NCBI RefSeq assembly: GCF_001194135.2
Contig: NC_068995.1
Location: 39,161,497 to 39,225,496 of the forward strand
Direction of reading: 5' to 3'
Length of the DNA: 64,000 nucleotides
Source of the DNA: Octopus bimaculoides
Lineage: Eukaryota
The first letter of the stretch is position 1; each line of letters begins with the position of its first letter. The position numbers and the translations under genes were made by a program. Below, piece by piece: positions 39,665 to 52,892 of the stretch. The notes beneath the pieces were generated by a model. It was given only the letters and a program-made list of their open reading frames with translations. It was not told the origin of the DNA and made no database searches.

Positions 39665-41605
39665 TACATACATATATATGTATACACACACACATATACA
39701 CATACATATAAATATATGTATATATATGCCTACACTCATAGATACCTGCATACTCCACAGACGTACACAAACATATTTCGTTCTTGTATTTCACAACAGA
39801 CTTGATATAAAACCGTGTATTAAACCTGATATTGTTGTAATTTAATGGACGGTGGTGGATTTTGCCAATAACCTCTCTCTCAGAGACATACGTCATTGCG
39901 CGTGCGTGAATGCTTGTGTATTTCTATACATAAATTTGTTGCTCCTGTACTTTCGCTTTCAGTTGGTTTGATAGAAGGCTTTGAGTTGTTTTCGTTTTTA
40001 TTAGGATCCTTTTGTTTTTCTTGTACATGTGTCATTTTCTCCGTTAGGTCGGCCAGTATGATTCGGATGCCAGTTAATCGACTCCCAAAGATGCTACTCT
40101 TCAAAGAGATCGAGACTGGGAGTAAGCCCCATGGACGTCCAAACCTTCGTTTGCACGATCATCTCAGGCGGTCAATCATTTTATGCGGTGTCCCACCCAA
40201 TCAGCTAAAGCCCTTGGCTGTTAATCAGAACGCATTGAGGCCCTTGCGCCATGCTGGAATAGAGTGCTTTGAAACCGAACGCAAGAGACTGCATGAAGGA
40301 AAAGGAGAAGTCGTCATCAACCGCCTGCATCTGTTGTTCGGAGCCACTTTCGATGGCCTTAATGCCACAGGATCTATCTATCTCGTATCGGTTTTCTCAG
40401 CCACGTCCGCTCCCATGAAAAACATATGCTGGTGGAGGAGGGGCATGAGTGTCTTGGATCGACGCTTTCATTACCTTTGATGGGCTTATGACAGCCCATC
40501 AAATGTGATGGTCAGTTACTACTATCTACCTAGGTATCATGCCTCCCACCATACGTTCTTTTCTTCCTACCTGCGTACACGTATACTTTTACTAATGTGT
40601 ATGCGTACTTTCACACTCACGAAATACCTATCCAACTCTGTGTGCACACAGGCGTTCATTTGTTGATGATTCTGTATGGGTACATATCAAACAATAGATA
40701 AAACGAAACACTTGGAACGTGCCATTCCATATGATTTGCATGGAAACTCAGTATCTTGACACTGGCGCAAACCAAACAGGAAAGACACTTGAAAGAATTG
40801 AACAACAATAGCATGAATACTATGTAAAGGGGCTATCATTTATACTCTACTAATAAGGCAAACAATAAACCCAGTGATGTGATAAATAGCGTATGATTGA
40901 AAAACCATTTAATTACACTCACGTGACAAGTCATTTGACACTATAATTCTTTACACTGTAGGCAAGGGCCTGAAATTCTGAGGGAGGTGAGGGGCTAGTC
41001 AATTACATTGATCAATTACTTATGTTATCGACCCCGAAATGTGACAAGGCAAAGTCAATTTCGGTGATATTTTAAACGAGAACGTAAAGACGGACGAAAT
41101 GCAACTAAGCATTTTGCTTGGCGCGCAAACGGTTGCGCCAGCTCGCCGCCTTAGCCACTCTTAATATGATTTCACATTATGCGACACTATAACAACATAC
41201 TTATTAATGATAAGAAGAAAAGAAAAAGAAGAAAATGTGAGTGAGTATAAATTTGATGAAATTTGTGAGGTAAATTTCCGCTCTGTCATACGTAAAGAAC
41301 TGTGCTGCGAAACTACAGTATGCAGTCGTTATCTCATTATATCAATATCAGTAATAACATACTTAGATGTGTATTAGATAATACACAATGTGTTCAGCAG
41401 TAAAGGTTACCTCTTAAAAATTTTCAATTAAAATACTGTTAGGCATTTTCTTTACGGCCTACTGTAAATGTGTGTACGTGGGAGTGTATATGAATGCAAA
41501 AATTATGCATATGGATGCACCCACAGGCACACATCCATATATATTCTATGTGTGTGTACTCATACACACTCTCAACCACACAAACACACACACACACATA
41601 TATAC

Positions 41606-41636
<31 letters not shown>

Positions 41637-44600
41637 NNNNNNNNNNNNNNNNNNNNNNNNNNNNNNNNNNNNNNNNNNNNNNNNNNNNNNNNNNNNNNNN
41701 NNNNNNNNNNNNNNNNNNNNNNNNNNNNNNNNNNNNNNNNNNNNNNNNNNNNNNNNNNNNNNNNNNNNNNNNNNNNNNNNNNNNNNNNNNNNNNNNNNNN
41801 NNNNNNNNNNNNNNNNNNNNNNNNNNNNNNNNNNNNNNNNNNNNNNNNNNNNNNNNNNNNNNNNNNNNNNNNNNNNNNNNNNNNNNNNNNNNNNNNNNNN
41901 NNNNNNNNNNNNNNNNNNNNNNNNNNNNNNNNNNNNNNNNNNNNNNNNNNNNNNNNNNNNNNNNNNNNNNNNNNNNNNNNNNNNNNNNNNNNNNNNNNNN
42001 NNNNNNNNNNNNNNNNNNNNNNNNNNNNNNNNNNNNNNNNNNNNNNNNNNNNNNNNNNNNNNNNNNNNNNNNNNNNNNNNNNNNNNNNNNNNNNNNNNNN
42101 NNNNNNNNNNNNNNNNNNNNNNNNNNNNNNNNNNNNNNNNNNNNNNNNNNNNNNNNNNNNNNNNNNNNNNNNNNNNNNNNNNNNNNNNNNNNNNNNNNNN
42201 NNNNNNNNNNNNNNNNNNNNNNNNNNNNNNNNNNNNNNNNNNNATAATATTAGGGATAAAATCCCAAATTACAGCTAATAATTCAATTAAAATCAATTTA
42301 TTAAAAATTAAAATTAAATTAAGTTTCACAGTATAAAATATATATAAATATATATATATACACACATACAGGGCTGGATTTATAGTGGGTTGAAGAGGGC
42401 AATTACCCCGGGCTTCCAAAGACATAGGACCCTCCTGCTATGAAGGGTATGCAACACTCAGTATAGGGAGGCCTCTCAGCAATGTTACATGCAGAGGCTC
42501 TCTTGCAATAAACAAACAATATCGTAAAAAATGTAATAGATCCTCTTTTTTGATAATAATCAGTTTTAACTACATTAGTTACATCAATTCATTCAATTAA
42601 AACACACTTTACTACTCATTCCCAAAGCAGACACAATTCCCATTGGCAATTAATTTTAGTTCCTTTTGATACATTAACAGAAAATAAAACACTCCAAAAA
42701 ATGTGTGTATCTGTGAGTGTGTGCGTGTGTGTGCGTGAGAGAGGGAGAGAGAGAGAGAGTATGGATGTAGATAACGATAGACAATGAGATTGGTAGAAAG
42801 AAGTTATTAACCATTTATAGTTCAGATTCCTTCTTTCAATGCATGATTGAGCACAGTGACCTTAGATTCATACGCACACGCACTCACACACACACACACA
42901 CACACATACACACACGCACACACACACACACCCATAACAGTTTTAATCAACCGAAAGTCATCCCGTAATTTGCAGAAAATCATTAGCGTTACTGACAATT
43001 CTTCTCAATCGGGGACAAAGGAGAGAATTAAGAAATTCAAAGTGATTGAAAATTAAATGGGAATCGAACTGAACTCTAGTAGCTATAGTGCAACTTCGGA
43101 CAAGTTTTGGTTTTATTTGACGTCGCCAGCGAAACAAGTTTCATACATATATGCCGGATTTCTAAGATTTCTTGTGTGCGTGAAAATATTTTACTTACGA
43201 GGCCTGATCAATAAGTATTCGGGCTGTTGCCAGAGTAACGAACCTAAAGCATACAAAGTGAAACCACGGGGCACAGATTGACTTTTGACCTCTGCTGTGC
43301 ATGCACACTAAGTGTTAATGTTCTAGCTCACTTCTCCTGCTTACAGCAGTGCTTGGAAATAACGTGTGTAACTTATGACCGTCGCATTGACCATAACAGA
43401 AAAAAGGTTGTGGTGACACCTGCTGAGAGGCCTACACAAAGTTGCAGAATGTGTATGGAGAGGAGTGTATGAGTCACACACAAGTGTACGAGTGGTTCGG
43501 GTTTTTACAAGACGACCGAAAAAATGTCGATAGTAACGAACGCTCTGGGAGAGCCGCAGCCAGCAGAACTGAGAAAAACATCGCATATGTTCGTGCAGCT
43601 GTGGGAGGAAAATCGTCGACTCACCATCCGTGAGTTACCAGAGGATGTGCAGATTCGTTACGGATTAGTTCAGTCCATTATCACTGAAGATTTGGGTATG
43701 ATACGCATGTCTGTCAAATTTGTGCCAAAACTGCTTTCAGCTGACCAAAAGAACACTCGGATTTCAGTTGCACAAAATTTCCTTGATTGTGACGAGAACA
43801 ATAAAAACTGTTTCAAAACTTTGCGTAAGACTCTGAGCAGGTATCATCAAACTTATTCTCTGTTTATCTTTCTCCGCCATATTCAATGCAACGATCACAC
43901 GTTACACACGTTATTTCCAAGCATTGCTATAAATAGTGGAAGAGGGCTAGAACGTTAAAACATAGTGTACATGTACAGCAGAGTTCAAGGTCAATCTGTT
44001 CCAAGCGGTTTCACTCTGCGTGCTATAGCTTCGTTACTATGGCAACAGTCCGGATACTTATTGATCAGACTACGTATTACGTAATTTGAGCTAATGATAT
44101 TGAAAAATTTCCAATAGGTGAATAGGTGCCTTTTTTTTCTCAAGCAAAACATTTAGTTATGTGTAGGTTACATGCGAGATTAAATTAATCTTGATCAAAT
44201 GAAAAGATAAATGAAAACCTAAATCAATTTTTCCAAACGGTGAGCCGAATACTTTTATAATTTATTTATGACATTTTATACACACAGCAATTTTATTATT
44301 TCTACGACTGATAAATCAAGGAAAGAAATCGAAGCTATACACTATAATAAATATAATTAATGTATTTCCTTTCAAATTAATATAAAATTATATTAATGCT
44401 TGATTTTCTTACAAAACTTGTTACTCATGATATTGTTACACACAAACATGATTAATAAATCAAGGCAAACAATACTTTATATATATTTTCCAAATGTTGA
44501 ATGTTTAAATAGTTTATTTAATCTCAATCCAACGTGCCACCGTAACATACATTTTTTTACATTATTCTTACCGTAGTATAATGTAAAAAAAAGATTGTAA

Positions 44601-44975
44601 ACAAATGAGATAGTAGATAATTTTATAACATAGGCACAAGGCCAGAAATTTGTTGAGAAGTATTAGTCGATATAATCGACCCCAGTACTTGATGGTTTCT
44701 ATCTCATTGAGCCTGGAAGAATGAAAGATAAAGTTGATCGTGTGATTTGAATTCAAGAAATGCTGCTAGGCATTTTGATGTACACTAACTATTCTAGCAT
44801 CCCACTATTCTTAGATAGAAACATAACGAGAATCGTGTTAAGCTATAAATATGAACTGCACTGTAAAATAAAGATCTAATGAAAACTGTTTACCTAAGAA
44901 GTATATATTGCAATATACCCTAGGCGATGTTACAATACAATACAATGGAACGCACGTGAAATAGGTAAACTGTAA

Positions 44976-45042
<67 letters not shown>

Positions 45043-45053
45043 GATAGATAGAC

Positions 45054-45143
<90 letters not shown>

Positions 45144-45725
45144 CTACAAACATACATACATACATACATAAAACAAACTCACGTCAACATCTTGGCTTCT
45201 GGTTTACGTTCGTTTCGTAATAGAAATGCACGAAAGATCGGCATATGCTCTCTACAACGCTCAATACATCGCAGGATCGCTTCATGGTTGTTCACCAAAT
45301 TTACGTAGGTTCCTAAATTTTGACAGAATATGACGAAAATATCACCGAAGCAGGTAGACATTCCTTCCCATTCTGAATATCGTTTCTTCAAATCATCACA
45401 GAGTTTCCTGTTGCAAGGCAGACAAAAAAGTATGAAAAACTGCATTAAGAACTGCAGCAACAAGACATGTAATGCCAACCACCACCAACATCACAACAAC
45501 AGCAACAATAACAACAACAACTACAACGGTAAGGAAATTATTCGCCTTCATACATAGTTGTATGGTTATAGAGGCATATTTCAAAGCACGTGGAGCTAAT
45601 TAACTACACATTCTGATAATTGTCTTCTGGCATAATTTCCAGTCATCATTAAACATGAAGCAAACGTTAAAGACGCAAAACAATTGGAAAACTCGTCACA
45701 CACATACGTGTATGTATGTATATGT

Positions 45726-45812
<87 letters not shown>

Positions 45813-48063
45813 GGCGAGCTGGCAGAAACGTTAGCACGCCGGGCGAAATGCTTAGCGGTATTTCGTCTGCCGCTACGTTCTGAGTTCAAATTCCGCCGAG
45901 GTCGACTTTGCCTTTCATCCTTTCGGGGTCGATAAAATAAGTACCAGTTACGCACCGGGGTCGGTATAATCGACTTCATCCGTGTGTCTGTCCTTGTTTG
46001 TCCCCTCTGTGTGTAGCCCCTTGTGGGTAGTAAAGAAATAACACACACATATATATAGATAGATATGTATGTGTGCGTGTGCATGTACCTGCGTGTGTTC
46101 ATGTGCGTGTGAGGCTGTGTGCATGTGCGTGTGTGTTGTTAGGGTGTCACTTTAGTGATCATGATTTCAATTCCTAAACCGGGTTGTGCGTGGTGTTCAT
46201 GCGAAAAACACTTCATCGCACGTTGCTCAGCAATCACTTCGACATCTGAAGCATGGTATATCGAGCTCTTGTTCAGGCAACGTTGACTTGATGGAGAGGG
46301 TGAGCTACAGGGTAACACGAACATTATCAAGAAATTATTTAGATTGTTTTGAAAACAATCTTTTTTACTCCTCTAGGCACAAGGCCCGAAATTTCGCGGG
46401 GAGGGGGCCAGTCGATTAGATCGACCCCAGTACGCAAGTGGTACTTAATTTATCGACTCCGAAAGGATGAAAGAAAGAGTTTGCCGAGCAAAACGGTTTA
46501 CGATCCGACTACCGCACACCGGGCTGCTGCAGGTCGAAGCAAGAGGGGCCGATTTCGTGCAGCGGTGGGCCGCGGCAGCGGACGGGAGATAGAGATGAGG
46601 ACGCCAAGTGCAGTGAAAGGCGGGCCTGCTGCTTTTCAACTCCTCCTCGTCGTCGTCGTCGTTGGCGTCCCGCCCGAGCACGCGCGGCCGCTTCGAAACG
46701 TAAAGACAGACGAAATTCCGCCAAGCATTTCAGAATGGAAAGANNNNNNNNNNNNNNNNNNNNNNNNNNNNNNNNNNNNNNNNNNNNNNNNNNNNNNNNN
46801 NNNNNNNNNNNNNNNNNNNNNNNNNNNNNNNNNNNNNNNNNNNNNNNNNNNNNNNNNNNNNNNNNNNNNNNNNNNNNNNNNNNNNNNNNNNNNNNNNNNN
46901 NNNNNNNNNNNNNNNNNNNNNNNNNNNNNNNNNNNNNNNNNNNNNNNNNNNNNNNNNNNNNNNNNNNNNNNNNNNNNNNNNNNNNNNNNNNNNNNNNNNN
47001 NNNNNNNNNNNNNNNNNNNNNNNNNNNNNNNNNNNNNNNNNNNNNNNNNNNNNNNNNNNNNNNNNNNNNNNNNNNNNNNNNNNNNNNNNNNNNNNNNNNN
47101 NNNNNNNNNNNNNNNNNNNNNNNNNNNNNNNNNNNNNNNNNNNNNNNNNNNNNNNNNNNNNNNNNNNNNNNNNNNNNNNNNNNNNNNNNNNNNNNNNNNN
47201 NNNNNNNNNNNNNNNNNNNNNNNNNNNNNNNNNNNNNNNNNNNNNNNNNNNNNNNNNNNNNNNNNNNNNNTATATATATATATATATATATTTTTGCTCT
47301 TCAGTTGTCAAAAATGCAGAGAACCAATGATCATCTGGTTGAAAATCACCGAACGCAATATAATGTTTATCATTTTTTTTTGGGGGGGGGAAGTGGAAAC
47401 GAGAATACAAAATACGCGATGTGTAATTGTTCTTATTCGATGTACCGGGGTGAAACGATTGGTCAATAGTCATCCCCTAACGTTTCTAGAATAAAGTAAA
47501 ATTACAAGCTGTCATTCATTTATAACCTATACTCACTGTACGAATGAATTTAGTTGAAGCTTAACACTAAGTTAATTGTGAGGAAACAGACTTTTGACTT
47601 AAGGCATTATAGTGATGATCACATCTTAATTGAGAATATTATATCAATGGGTACATTATTCAATCTGTACTTCATATTTTGAAACAGTAGAATGTAATTT
47701 GAGGGAGACAGTGAAGCCAATTCTACATTCAAGTGACAGGTTAATGGCAATCTCTTTAGCTTTTGATTTTATTTAACAAAGATAGCTTTAGATAACTTAG
47801 CAAGCTAATGTGATAATAATCTTTACTTCTTTAGCGTTTCAACTGCATAAAGAAGTGAAACTTATCAGCTCATGAAATCTATCCCCAGATGTGCAGAGAA
47901 ATGCATTTAAGATTGAGTCAATTGGTTGCGTATAAATTGTAAACTAACGACACGTTACGAAGTCTTGATCCGTCTGTGGTTAAATTGACCTTCACTAAAC
48001 AAACATAACCCCCACCTACACACACATTTATTTATATAGGACAACTAATAAAAAAGATTGAAA

Positions 48064-48136
<73 letters not shown>

Positions 48137-49624
48137 TGAGATTATTGTAGTTCGCTGGAAGCATTGTGTATTGTTTGTGAAATATAACGTGTCTTGAATG
48201 GCACGAAAATGCAGAATGGACTATAATAACTGTTATAATTTAATTATTCAAAATCTGGTATAATATTTCGGAATATAAAAATTCTTTCTTCAGATATTGC
48301 TAGGAATTGATCGAGTCACTGCTATAATCTAATTTCTAACGGTTACTGAATTTTCTTTTCTTCGGAAGCGTCTCTGTAATGGTCCCACGAAGCTCCTTCC
48401 GGAATTCCTCATCAGAAGTGCGTGAGGCCATGACTCAAGCTCGCTCGCGTTTGTTGTCATACCCGCAGTGATACTTTTAAGTTATGTATTATACGTGAGC
48501 ATCCTCCTTCAGAAAACATCTAGACATATGGCGGAACACCGACAAAAGCATAACAGTCACAATTGAGGCCAATGACAGAGATTTGGGAAGCTTAAGCATT
48601 AAGGAAGCTATCCTCATAGACAGACTAGGGCTCCAAATTAACAACAGGCTGGAAATTAGCAATCAATATATTATTTTGCTGCATCTGGATGCGTGTAAGT
48701 TCATTTCTGGTAACGTGCTGATGTATTATATAAAAAAGAATAAAATTAAATTAAAATGTTTTAAAACTGCACGTATAATACGTAACTTAAAAGCAGCGCC
48801 ACGGATATGCCAACACACATGTAATTGAGACATAGCTGCCCTTATGCACTTCTCATAAGGAATTCCGGAAAGGGCTTCGTGAGACTACTGCAGAGACGCT
48901 TCCGAAAAAAAAAAATATTCAGTAACCATTGGGAAATCGATTATAGCAATGATTCGATCANNNNNNNNNNNNNNNNNNNNNNNNNNNNNNNNNNNNNNNN
49001 NNNNNNNNNNNNNNNNNNNNNNNNNNNNNNNNNNNNNNNNNNNNNNNNNNNNNNNNNNNNNNNNNNNNNNNNNNNNNNNNNNNNNNNNNNNNNNNNNNNN
49101 NNNNNNNNNNNNNNNNNNNNNNNNNNNNNNNNNNNNNNNNNNNNNNNNNNNNNNNNNNNNNNNNNNNNNNNNNNNNNNNNNNNNNNNNNNNNNNNNNNNN
49201 NNNNNNNNNNNNNNNNNNNNNNNNNNNNNNNNNNNNNNNNNNNNNNNNNNNNNNNNNNNNNNNNNNNNNNNNNNNNNNNNNNNNNNNNNNNNNNNNNNNN
49301 NNNNNNNNNNNNNNNNNNNNNNNNNNNNNNNNNNNNNNNNNNNNNNNNNNNNNNNNNNNNNNNNNNNNNNNNNNNNNNNNNNNNNNNNNNNNNNNNNNNN
49401 NNNNNNNNNNNNNNNNNNNNNNNNNNNNNNNNNNNNNNNNNNNNNNNNNNNNNNNNNNNNNNNNNNNNNNNNNNNNNNNNNNNNNNNNNNNNNNNNNNNN
49501 NNNNNNNNNNNNNNNNNNNNNNNNNNNNNNNNNNNNNNNNNNNNNNNNNNNNNNNNNNNNNNNNNNNNNNNNNNNNNNNNNNNNNNNNNNNNNNNNNNNN
49601 NNNNNNNNNNNNNNNNNNNNNNNN

Positions 49625-49688
<64 letters not shown>

Positions 49689-52177
49689 AAGAGCGAATAT
49701 GTAAAAATTCAAACATTGAGACTAAAGTTTCTGGAGGAGCAGAAACAAAAAAACTTTACAAATTTCTGTCCATGTGCTCATGTTTGAAATCAATAACTAA
49801 GTCAATCAAGCGAATTATTTTGTGTAATGATATATTTGAGCCTTTCTGAACGTCATTTACCATTAAAAAAATATAAGATTACAACAGAGATTATTAAGAA
49901 ATTCCAGTTACTCTTTTACAGCAAAAAAATATACAGATATATATATAAATAATCCGTAAGTGCTTAGTTCCAAAATGTAGCGAAGATCGTAACTAGAAGC
50001 TTACCTGTGTAATTTAAGGTTGATCAGTATATCAGTGAAAATTATTTCCACATTTTGTTGACTGATAATAGGCCTGGAAACAATAGAAAATATATGCATA
50101 TGTGTGTGAATATATCTGAGTTTGAAAAATACTAAATTGGAGACGAAAATCATCGATTTCACTAACATTCGTACTTCATTAGGTTGTGTAAATGTATTCT
50201 TGCGTATATATTAGATTGTATTATTTTAGCAATACTTTAACTATCAGAGCACTATGTATCTATTACATAGAGATGTTAAGAAAAATGCAATAGGAAAAAT
50301 AGATATACATTCATTGATACATACATCAGTAAATACATAAAAACGTAATACACACACGTACTCACACATACTGTTACACAAACATATATCTATATGTATT
50401 TATGTAAGTATGTATGTATATATACACACACAGAGGCAGATGGATAATGTTTAGTAAATTATTTATCGCATAGACAGTTCAACTATTCATAATATTTTAT
50501 TGCTTTACAGCATTTGCATGCAACATCGACTGGCGACAGACCTGCCTACGTATGTAGAATGCTTATAGAAACATAGACAGAAAATAGAAAGAAAGAAACA
50601 AATAGATACACTGGGAATATTAGAGTAAGTGGAAACAGAGAAAGAGAGAGGGCGAGTTTCGAGTTAGGTGCACCCATTTGGATTAACGCCGTGCCATATG
50701 TCAAACCTATATCTCATCACCGTCTCTTTGTACACCACATTAAACGAATCAATACCAACAGCAGCATCAAAAGAAGAGACATCAAGAGAAACAACAAGAA
50801 CGATGAAAACAATGTATGAGAATACATAAACTACTAATACAAGAGTTAAGAATATATGTACGATACGCTATATGGCCAGCTATTAGTCGGTTTATTCATT
50901 CGTGAAAGCCGTTCTGTTCGATTAAGTCCCAAGCGTGTATTTAACAGTAGAGTTCAGTTCAGTTCAATACGGAGAAATCTCTTCGCTATCATTCTGTTTC
51001 ATTTCAGTCCTTATTTCCGCCCAGAGGAATTGAAAAACTAGGGTTTATGGCATGGATGTTTTCGCGATAAAGTAATATTTCACTTTCGATTATCGTTCAT
51101 AGCTTTAGCGATGTATGAAAAATACGAAATGCTTATAGTAAACGGAAAGTGTTGTTATATGTTTGGTGAATCCCCAAGTCGCTTCTCAAACAACAGTATT
51201 ATATTCAAAGGAGGTTGTAGCCATCTTTAGTTTTTTTCAAACAATGTGTATCTATAAGAGCATAATCTACAATATTCTCTTCATTTTACCACAGAGTACA
51301 GTGGGTTTTGAGAAAGATTTACATGATATTTCTAGCACAGGTAATGCCTGCGTCGAGAATCCATTCTTAAGTCGGAGAAAAGAATGTGTTGTCATTACTT
51401 TTCAACCTGAAGATAACCATGACTGTGCAGACATAGCCAAATTCATTCCAATCGTGCCAATCCAGTCTTTTATACAAAAAGTGTTTATCTCAGATACATA
51501 CATGTAACTCTTCCTCTTTTTTTTAAAGAAAAATATGTCGCCATTTGAAAGAGATATGACTGAACTTTCTATGGAGTCTGGTGGCTACGAGATGACTTCT
51601 TCATGGACTCGTCTGACAATGTAGAATTTCCACCTGTGATCCTCTCAGCTACTGCATTGCTGTAGTTAACACGACCATTAACGAAAGATACCTTACTAAA
51701 TGATTTGTAAATCATACATAAAAAGACTTCAGAGAAAGTATGTAGGCAGTTACACATATGTAGTAGAGTGAGTTGAAAAGTTGTAATGAACGAAAGTTAT
51801 TTAGAAAACTGTTTCTAAATTTGGCTCCAGACAACAAATTTGGTCGGAAAGGTGTTAGCTTAGGCTATTGTCTCAAGTATATTACTGCTATTGCTACTTT
51901 ATTTTATCGCCTCCGGAGAGACGAAAGGAAATGTTAACAATGTTGGAATTTGAACTCAGACGTAAAGGTCTGGAACAAATAAAGATCTGGAATAAAACCG
52001 TTTCTTTTCCGACACTATATAGATTCTGCCAGTTTACCGCCATAACATTATTCGAAAATTTCTCTCTAGGTGTTTTAATTTCAGCAAATATTAAGCAAAA
52101 TGTTCTAATACATACTCAACATACATACATACATACATACATACATACATACATACGTATATGCATACATACATACA

Positions 52178-52213
<36 letters not shown>

Positions 52214-52854
52214 TGCATACATATTAAGATTGACAGTTGACTGAACACTATTCAATTTTTTTTTCTCAGTGTTTTTCTCCTTGTCTCCGTATTCTTTCTG
52301 TTGAAGAGCGTAGCTCGAAACGTCAAAGACTTTCCATATTCCCGAGCGTCATACTAATACATCCTTTTGTTATTTACACCACCTGTCCTCGTCTGTTGTT
52401 GTTTTTCGTACATTCTCCCATATATGCATACATACATACATTCATATATACATATATATATACATACATAAATACATGCATGCATACATACATACATACT
52501 TACATAACATACCTACAGGTGCGCGCGCACGTGTGTGTGCAAGTTATTCCTGTTAGCTTCAGGAAGTACTCAAATATACTTTATAACAATGATTTTAAAC
52601 GCATGATATACTAAATAGCCTAATATTACATCCATTTGGATTATTTACATTTTGCTGAAGTTGGTTCTCTATTTATGACCAAACTCTTTGTACCTGAGTT
52701 TACTTGCCTGCACACACATACACACACGCATTCAGACAGGAGGCGCGCAGATACATAAAGACACATACACAAAGTTACATATATACATAATCACGTATAC
52801 GCACACACAGATATTGGTATATACAGTATATGCGTGTTTGTGTGTGTATAATAG

Positions 52855-52892
<38 letters not shown>

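Noticed and set aside
42369-42510. Possible hAT-type MITE starting CAGGGCTGGATTTA
   Set aside because: No matching right TIR or 8-bp TSD could be found.
45813-45900. tRNA genes at SINE heads (also 20112, 27930, 55985, 61598)
   Set aside because: A/B boxes run on into SINE body sequence, and I could not build a convincing cloverleaf.
51163-51757. ORFs of 114 aa (+) and 62 aa (-) between ECT2L exons
   Set aside because: No recognisable motif. The flanking ECT2L exons join in phase without them.
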